Origin: Callorhinchus milii
Taxonomy: Eukaryota
Direction: 5' to 3'
Assembly (NCBI RefSeq): GCF_018977255.1
Contig: NW_024704742.1
Coordinates: 95,978,001-96,042,000 of the forward strand
DNA length: 64,000 bases
In this document: positions 54,786 through 64,000 of the stretch, piece by piece
Layout: each line of letters begins with the position of its first letter
Position numbering within the stretch: the first letter of the stretch is position 1
Notes under the pieces: generated by a model
What the model was told of the DNA's origin: nothing
Database searches by the model: none
Seen by the model: the letters and a program-made list of their open reading frames with translations, nothing else
Translations under genes and position numbers: made by a program

Positions 54786-57700
54786 AGGATTACGCTTTGA
54801 ATCTGTCTTTAAGAGATGCACTGAAGCAACTCAGAAACTCTAGCTTTAATTTCTTTTCAATGCATGTGAGGAATAATTTGTCCTCTACTGTGTACCTGTC
54901 TGAATGCGGCATGGCTTGCCCTGAAATGTGATCAGACCTCGTGATTTTAACTGCAATCACAATAATGCATGTCACAATGGTATCCTGAGCCCTGGATAGC
55001 TTATAAAGCAGTGACCCATCAAGGGGATTTTATGGTGTGATAATAAACCATAGGAGCCAAGCCTGATCGTTATTACTGTTTGGTGATAAAAACATAAAGG
55101 TATGTACCATCTTCTGAAAATCAGAAGCAAAACAGGAAAGGAAGTACCCATGACCCTATGATGTACGCTACAACAGTCAGACTTTTATTTAATTTTATAT
55201 TACATGGAAACATCTTGTGTAATGTTATAATAATAATCCTTGCATTTGATATAGAGCCTTATCACATCTTCAAAACAAGAATATTTCTGTTTCAGAGGCT
55301 TTCGAATGGGTGTCAGGGAGCTGTGGGCCAAAGCAAGTCACAGCCGGCAAAGTAATGTTCTATTCTATTTAGCTTGTCTTTACGTTTTCAGCACTCTGTG
55401 GAATCAGGCCATTAATGTTGTAATGAATATTCCGGTGTGTTTTATGCTAGAACAGGGGTTGGCGAGCTAATTGAAGCACGCAGTGGAGCCAAGTGCCTTA
55501 ATCTGCCCACGATTCCCCTATGCCTGGCTGCAACTTTCACCATGATCATTAGAAGATAGAGACAATTAATTGTGTCATACTTACTGTGGCAGTTAACTCA
55601 TTTTTGGAATGTGGGCTTTTGCCATCCATTAATGCCTCAATCTCTCAGCCAACTGGTTCACTCTTTTTCGGTTAAGCTATCTACTAATAAATGCAGTGTA
55701 GCAGACTGAAGTGAATTGTTCTTTTATAATTCCACTGAACCATATAATCACATCCTGCACCCTGAGCAGTGAAATTATCATGTGTGTCCGTGGAGTTAAA
55801 TAACTCTGCATAAATGTGCATCTCTACCCAGCCACATTCAGTACCAATGATGGGATAAGTGGTAAATGGTTTTCCTGTGGATTGCATTCACATCAGAAAC
55901 TTTTGCTACAAATCTCTTAGAAATTCGACAAAGCATTTTTGCATCGCTCTGCTGACCCTGATTTTGCTTTGCAATATCTACACACTGCCAGGGAGGTGTT
56001 ATGACACCCGGCAAGATATCTGTGATGTCAACAGCCTGCCAGGGAGGTGTCATTACATTGGGTTGCATGTCACAAGGTGTGGCTCATAAAATCATCAAAC
56101 AAGACTGCATTGAGAATCAGGAGATATTTTTATTTAGACAGAAAGAATTACATAGACTGTACAGCATGGATACAAGCTGTTTGGCCGGCGTTTATACTCC
56201 ATGTGAATCTGCACCCTTCCTAATTCCCTCTCACATCTCCTATTCCCCTCTTCCCCAATGGCTTTTGGTCCACATAATATAACTTTTATCTTCTGTTGTA
56301 TTTACCCCTAGTGCAACACAAGTGTTTTTTGTTGCTTTTTAGATCATTTAGATCATTTCTCTCAGGCCCTTACTCCTGGAAAGGCCATGGCTGCGGCCAA
56401 AGGTTGTGGTATTATCTGAGTAAATCACTTGTGAGTGGTGGTTTTGTTGGAAAACAACTACCTCAAGACATGAAGATGCTATAACTCACTCATCCACTCA
56501 CTCACTAATGGGCCATGTGGGTTATGTGGTCCCCATGTCACTCAGTGGTTTATTTATTAGTGAGCCACTGCTTACCACTGTTCATCCTCTGTTCATGACA
56601 AGGCTGGGAATTTGTGAAAGAACCTGGCATTGAGGGTTATATAAGCCTCCAAAACTGAAGATGAACTATACGAATACAATCCATTTCAATTCAATATAAC
56701 TCAGAGGGAATTGCTCCCACCTCCTTTTCTCAATGTAATTAAGATTAAATACGTCTACCTGGTATCAATGGAGAAATGTGTTTGGTTTGACATGGCATAT
56801 ATTTTTCTCTTAAGCCATGGTTTCTTCTGTACTCACATGGCTGTGTGTGAATCAACGAGTAATATGGTTGTCAGAGCTGCCGGCATGTGCAGTAAAGTGA
56901 TATGGTGCAAACACAAGACTCCTGGCCACTGGCTGTGTGGTTTGGTAAGTGATGTACCATGCCTGTGGAGTAGCCATGCCCTTGCAGGCTGCAAATGCAT
57001 CTGTGTGGTTACCCAGTCAGGTGACAGACAGCTAATCTTTCTCCTTCAACCGCCTGCTGCTTGCTATATCTCCTCCTTTGCTCTATCCTGTGTCACAGCC
57101 TATTAGGTACCAAGGAGAATTGGTGGGAAATTGCCTTCAGATTGCAGGAAATTGCATCTCCAGCCCTTAAGACTCTCCTGAGTATCACGCCCATCTACTG
57201 TAGCTATTAATACAACACAGTAAAGCTGGTCTTTACCTCAGTGTAAAGTAACTAATATATCTCATTAGCTGCATCGAATTGTGTGTTACATGTAATGGCA
57301 CAAAAGAGATTCATAGTTAAGTACTAATGGAGATACGATTGCTGAGCGTTGGAGCATAAATACCACATGATGTTAGAATTTTTAGGAACAGGATGAGAAC
57401 ATTCGTACCCAACCAACCCATTTGTTTATAACAGAGCACCCATAACAAACACACATCTTAAGGCATTTAACAGGGAATTGCTATAAAGTGTGGTGACTAT
57501 GTTATGTAGGCAAACACAGCAGAATCAAATGTTTGTACCGCAAATTCCTACAAACAGCCATGTAATGAATGGACACATTTTTATCTGGAGAATTATTGGC
57601 AAGGACACTTTCACTTGTTCAACAAGATCATGGGACCCTTAATGTTCAGTTGAAAAGACAGACCATGTAACATCTCATTGGAAAGACACACATCTAACAA

Positions 57701-59562
57701 TGCAACACTTTCTCAGGGATGCATTTGTGTGTCAGTGTGGAATATGAACTCAAGTTCCACCGTGAGCCTTGAATTCACAGCCTTCTGACCCAGAGATGAG
57801 TTCTGATATCTGAGCCAAGTTGATACCTGTTTATCCGAATCCCTGCTACCTATCTTTTGTCAACTTATCCCTCAATCCCTTCCCTTTCCAGTAATGCATC
57901 TGGTTGTCTCTTAAATCCATTTAGACTAATCACTTTAATGGCCTTCGCTGATTGCTAATTCCACAAGTCTATTACATTGGGTTAGACGCTGATCTCTGCC
58001 AATCTCTTGCTATGTGCCAGGAACCTCCGTTTGGATGCGATCCGACTTCATGGAAATTGTGATGAGATTGGCAGCCAAGCGGAGTCCCAATGGATTCTAT
58101 ACAGTACTTGGGAATGCTTTTGCGAATCTGCATGTAAATCTATGATATGAATTATAGCGAGAATCTAGATCTCCTGTAGATTGATTGGAAATCATGTACT
58201 TTACCCATTTTACAACATTTAAGATCTTGATTTATGGCAAAACAATGCTGTTTCTACATTCAGTGCAGCCACATAACAGAATTTTTAAAGATATATTTGT
58301 TCTTTCAAAGACTTTTGGTGTAAGTGACAAGTAAGTACCTTAGCTGTCTTGTACTAAGTCATTACAGTGTAATAATGTAAGAGCAAATAAGAATGTGTGC
58401 ATTCTTCATTGGTTGCAATTCAGCAGAATAAGTGTTGGCAGCAGAGGAAGCTAAGTGTTAAATCGCTTTCTGTGGAGAAATGGCTTTCTGTGGCCCAGAT
58501 TAGGTTGCTACCTGGGAGTTCATTATTCCCACGACACGAAGGATGTTCTTTACTGGGGACCCTTTTCATTTTAATGGGCTGAAACAAACTGAATATTTTT
58601 TGTGGATTGTAGCCAAGTCCTAGTCAATCAAAGTGCTGTGTCCTAATTCTCCATCATCCACTGTGCCTGTCAGACTGCGTGCTGGTGGATATATTTTATT
58701 AGTCATAATGAGATGTGCACCATTATAGAGTGTAGATCTTTGGAAATCAGGAAAACCAGGTAAATAGATTGTACAAAACTATTTGGGCTGGTTCTATGGT
58801 GCCAAAATTATATGTCACAAATTATTTCTGCTGATATTATCACATGCCACAGTTTTAAGCCCAATAATGTTTCCCTTCTTAACTCGGCTGAATTCTGTCA
58901 TGTGATCTGCAAGGAAAATACTTCAAGAAAATAGGATAAACTGAAAGTTTAAACCGCACGGGTGTTTATGTCATACACTATATTCCTACAGACTCAAGCT
59001 GGTGAAGTTAATATTCGAAACCTGGAAGATAATGCAAAAACAATGTAAGAGGCAAAGGCTATGACATCCCCCAAGGAGATGATCACCAATGGCTTGTGTG
59101 TTCCTCAGCAACAACCACAAATTGCATTTACATAGCGCCTTTCACATCTGGAGGGAGTGCGGGCACCTTGTGGACAACAATTCAGCCATTAGCAGATGCG
59201 AAAAGTTCTTCTTTCAAGGCGCTACATTGGCACACTCCTTGCATTGCTAAATGGCAGTGTGAATTGATTACTGGCAAAAACAATTAAAACTGTCATGCCC
59301 ATACATCAAGTTCTGGCATTCTCCCTCCCCACACACTGGCTGAGTGATATAAATCCACTATTGGTTATAGAAATAAATTACATACATTTAATGGAGTCTA
59401 ATTTGCAGTATTTCATAACATAATCTCTTAATATGGAATCAGAGTTGCACAAACAGGGACGCTTTCGCAAAACTGGAATACATCACACCTGCCCACGTGT
59501 GGGAACTCCTCTCTGACAAGATGTGCTTCCACTGCAGAGTTCCCACACTCCACAGAAATTTT

Positions 59563-60220
59563 AATAATAATCCTTGCATTTTATATAGTACCTTATCACA
59601 TTGGCAAGACATCCCAAAGTGATTTACAGGATTCTATTGTTATGTGTAGTGACCGTATGTTTGTAGGCGAAGGCAGCAGACAATTTGTGGACAGCAAATA
59701 CCAATAACCCTTGTATTTGACATAGCGTTTTTTTCACTTCGGGAAGATGTCTCAAAGTGCTTCGCAGGATTTACTGTAAAGTAGAGTAACTGTATATTTT
59801 GTGGGTGAATGCAGCAGCCAATTTGTGCACAGCAGTTTCCCATAAACAGTCATTGATGTGAATGACCAATTTTATTTGGGGGAATTGTTGGCCAGGGCAC
59901 CAGCAGAAACTCTCTCCTCTTTTCAACTAGTGTCATGGAATTGTTGTCATTCACCTGAACAGGCAGACAAGATAATAATAATCCCTCCAAAAAACCAAAA
60001 AACAATAATAAATTGGTCATTTTCAATCTACGACTGTTTGTGGGACATTGCTGTGCGCAATTGGCTGCCGCGTTCGCCCACAAATATACTGTCAATTCAC
60101 TTTACAGTGTGTTCTGTGAAGCGCTTTGGGACGTCCTCCTGACGTGAAAAGCGCTATATCAAATGCAAGGATTATTATTATTATTATTATTAAGATCTTG
60201 ATGTAATGTCTCATTAGAAG
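59563..60220. mobile_element. Nested SINE cluster: two older minus-strand copies plus a young 5'-truncated plus-strand copy (59974-60191)
   Basis: 59974-60191 closely matches 5499-5703 and is flanked by AAGAT direct repeats. Confidence 0.85.
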
Positions 60221-61512
60221 GATGAAATTCTTAATGTAATTAAAATATCTTGCAAATTAGACATCCTGTATTTATTTGCCATAAAGCTCTTTATATTGCT
60301 TTATTTACTTTTCTGGAAGCTGTAATTGAGCGATTCAGATGATAGTGACAAAACACAAGGATGACATGCACATGGATTATTATTGCCATCTTAACCCTAT
60401 GATAAAATTGCAGCCACATCCGTCACTCTTCACTGTATAGAAATCTACCTGTCAAGTTAATTCCTTTGAATTCATTATCATCAATAACTTTGAGCTGCCA
60501 TGCAGTTGGGTGTAAATCATTGTTTGTCACACGTCGGCAGCAATAGGGTACTTGAACCTCAACAGGCAGACGTTCTGGTCCTCCAGGCTCTTACAGTTTA
60601 TTGAGAGCTGATATTAATAAATAATCCTTGCATTTGATATTGCACCTTAACACATTGTTGAGACATCTCAAAGCACTTCACAAGATAATAATAATAATTC
60701 TTGCATTTGATATAGTGTTTTATCACTTCATTGAGATTTCTCAAAGTGATACACTAAATATAAAAGATAAAAATTTATAAATACCTGTATGTACAAAATA
60801 TATAAAGGATATACTGTACAATAAAGTAGATTGCCTGTGTGTTTTGTGGGTGAAATGATAATGGATCTTCAAAAAACTGATGCTTGGAAGTGATGAGGTG
60901 CACACTCTCTATATGTAGCCCATCCACGCTTAAAATGCATGAATGTGGGACTAAGGGGTTAATGCCCGGCCATCCACCTCATAGGGATAAATCTGCTCCA
61001 TCTGAAACACCGACTAGCCAGGGCCATATTCATTGTTTGAAGAAATGCTGATGGCCTGAATGGCAGTAATTAGAAGTTAATGGGGACGGCTGTTAATTCC
61101 ACAACACTTGCCTGGTGAGAATGACAGTTTGCATCCTGTAGGCTTGCTGTCTCAACTAATGGGTCTGAGTATGTCTGGTGACAACAGAAAACATTCAAGC
61201 AGCAACGTAGAAGCTAATATGTGGATAGATTTCATTGACTTACGGTTAAGGGTGTAACTATGAAGGAATCTTCTCTGCTCACTCTCTCTGTTGCTGTATT
61301 TATATTTCAAGAGTATTCATTAGCAACTTGTTGTAATACCCTAGAGTGCAGAATCTGGACTGGAGAACTCTCTTCCTTTATACTGGGGGAAGATCTGTGA
61401 ACTTCCACCCTTTAGACTGAAGGCAGATCTGTGAACTGAGAACATGGTCATCCATATTTGGGCAGACAGTAGTGCCATCCTACTGGCACTAGAATGGCAG
61501 TACAGATGTTGC

Positions 61513-61787
61513 GTTCCTTACTCCACATGCCTCTGTTTACCTAGCAGTAAGTAGGAACCCAGTTCTTAGTCAATTGGTAGATTGCTTTTCTGGGGGTAAT
61601 AATTCCTTCAAAAAAATAATAAATTGGTCATGACTGTTTGTGGGACACTGCTGTGCGCAACTGGCTGCCGCATTTTACCCACAAATATATAGTCAATTTA
61701 TTTTACAGTATATTCTGTGAAGCGCTTTGAGACGTCTCGAAGACGTGAAAAGCACTATATCAAATGCAAAGATTGTTATTATTATTA
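61513..61787 (+). mobile_element. Long-subfamily Deu-SINE lacking the tRNA head
   Basis: TTCCTTACTCCACATGCCTCTGTTTACCTAGCAGTAAGTAGGAACC...Deu core...tail. Confidence 0.85.
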
Positions 61788-63379
61788 ATTTCAGGTAGCT
61801 TTTATTTCTCTAAATGGTAATTTATGACTGGAACGGTTTGCCAGGAAGAGTGTTTGAGACCAGGAAGCTGAACTCATTTAAGAAACAGCTTTATGCTGTA
61901 ATGGATGGATGGATGGTAGGGTGGGTATTCTGGAAGGATGATATCAGATGGGCAAAGGATCTTTTTCATTTGAAAGTCTCTTGAGATCTTATGAACTAAG
62001 ATAACATTTGAAATTTGGAGTGAGCCACGGGACCTGTGAGCTGATGCATGCCTCATTGAGTCACTGATCTTATCGCAGTCTCTGTTAATAAAAAATGTGC
62101 AAGACACTTAGGACAACAACCCTAGGATCCCTTTAACAGCCCTGACTTGTCCATGCAAGAAAGATAAAGGTGCAAAGCTCCTTTGTTATTCTTCAAGATT
62201 TAACATATCACTAAACTAGTGTTGAGAAAGAAATTGGAAAACTAATGACTTTCACACCAAATAGTCAATGTGTATATATAATATAACTGCCACAGTTGTT
62301 GTTATAACATGCTGCAATTTTAACCTCAATAATTAATTGCACCATATTTCTCAAATCCTCTGCATTGCATCAGGAGAGGTGTGAGTTAAACATCAAGTCA
62401 ATGGGATATTCACAAATGCTTATGTAAAGTGGTGGCTGATAATGATCATTTTTGCATTTGATATAACTCCTTTTATGTCACAAAGACATCAAGATTTACA
62501 GTGACGTGTAGTAATCGTGTATTTTGTAGGCAAGCACCACATTTATGACCTGAGACGGCCTTGCAGCTGGAGTAATTTATACAGTATTATTTGTATAAGT
62601 AAGACTTTTCCTTACAAACATTACAATACACAATACAGTTTACATTTATATGGTGCCTTTCATATTGGGAGCACATTCCAAAGCACAATGCTTTGGGGGA
62701 AAAAAAAGGCTTATGCAGATTTTTTCATTCAGTCAAAATGAACTCCACGCTTGTTACTTTACAAGGTTTAATTCAATCTGAATTAAAGAACTCAGTTTAA
62801 AATCAACCTTGGAGTGTCTGTAGTCTTCAGGTGACTGACTGTGTGCCTGTGTCCTCACATTTGCTTTTGACACTATTTTAAGGATGAAGTGCTGGTTTAA
62901 GGCAGGCTTATTTGTTTGTACTGTCTCGTCGCACTGTGGGAAATGTTTGTCCAATGCATGAATGTTCTTTACTTTAAGTACATAGAAGACCTGCTAGTTC
63001 CACTCCAGCGCATCACACTCATGACTTCAGCCCACGCTCTCAGTTCAGACTGAAGTTATGGAGTGTTTTAGGTTTCGAAGATCAGAAACAATTCTTTGCT
63101 TGAGTCTGACTGGGGAATTATAGCCAATGTTGTCTTATTTTCCCTGATTCCACAGGTGATGAACTCCCAGCTTTGTGTTCCTCGCCTCTTCTGCGTATGA
63201 AGCTGAGTCCCGCAAGTGTACAGTTTTTCAGGTGCTAGGTGTGCCTTACCTGTCCTAACTCTTCATAGGTGAGCCTTGACAGTGATTGACAGCTAGATGT
63301 ACTAGATGATTTTAATTTTAGGACGTACATTAAGTGGCTTTGGAAGAGAACCTCCTAACACTATACCAAGGAGTTAGAT

Positions 63380-63620
63380 AACAACAACTTATTGCATTTA
63401 TATAGCTTAACAGCTGTGTGGATTGACACAGAGCTGGAAAGGGGGTTGGGGTGAGAGAAGGTGACTGAAGGCATCATCAAAGAGGAAAGTTTTCAGGTAT
63501 GATTTGAAGCCAGATAAAGAGGGGGCAAGATGGAGGGATTAAGGCAAAGAATCGCAGAGATTCAGAGCATGTTGGCTAAAAGCACGGCTGCCAATTGTGA
63601 AGTAGTGGGGACTGGAGAAA
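63380..63620 (-). mobile_element. Old L2 3'-end remnant
   Basis: ACAACAACTT..TGCATTTATATAGC...AAGGTGACTGAAGGC; colinear with 18565-18800. Confidence 0.55.
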
Positions 63621-64000
63621 GTGATATAAGGTCTCCACTTGAATGAACCAGATCTTAAAGACACTTGCCATTCCCCGGGGGTGGGGGAGGTTGATAAAAG
63701 TCAATGATATTTAAGAGGAGTGCTGCAGTAAGAACAACTTGGAGCACATTTTGAAATTTTTTTCTCCATTCAATGCAGTTGGATATTAGTTTCAATGGTA
63801 ATAGAACAGGTTGCATCAATTCCAGGATGTAGAATGTGCATTTAAACAATGTAGGGAAATAGTGTGAAACTATTTAGATGAGAGAGCATTATGATTACTA
63901 ATAATATTAATAATTATAAAATATATTATATATATTTATATATTGGATGAGACGTTAAACTAAGGTCTTGTCTGCCTGTTTGGGTGGATGTTAAAAATCC

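Overview
Vertebrate genomic DNA, most likely from a cartilaginous fish (inferred from the repeat families). Positions 3976-26385 (+) hold the last 12 coding exons of a Groucho/TLE co-repressor. It is best matched to TLE1 (equivalent to human exons 9-20: CcN, SP and WD40 regions). All splice sites are GT-AG and all phases are consistent, giving 562 aa, or 566 aa with the distal exon-12 donor. The 5' exons lie upstream of the window. A 3' UTR of about 660 nt follows, then about 37 kb with no recognisable gene. Introns and the downstream region contain tRNA-headed Deu-domain SINEs (two size classes), 5'-truncated L2 and CR1 LINE remnants, a fossil hAT-like transposase, an unclassified palindromic repeat family and two minisatellites. 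I found no convincing new multi-gene system. The most unusual signals are three short local duplications (one copies 45 nt of a TLE exon and differs only at CpG-decay sites), tandem in-frame donors that could switch between TLE4-like and TLE1-like lengths, inverted L2 copies bracketing three WD40 exons, and an identical 14-mer at the truncation points of two L2 copies. Comparisons with human TLE proteins and named repeat families are from memory, not from a database search. Repeat boundaries are approximate.
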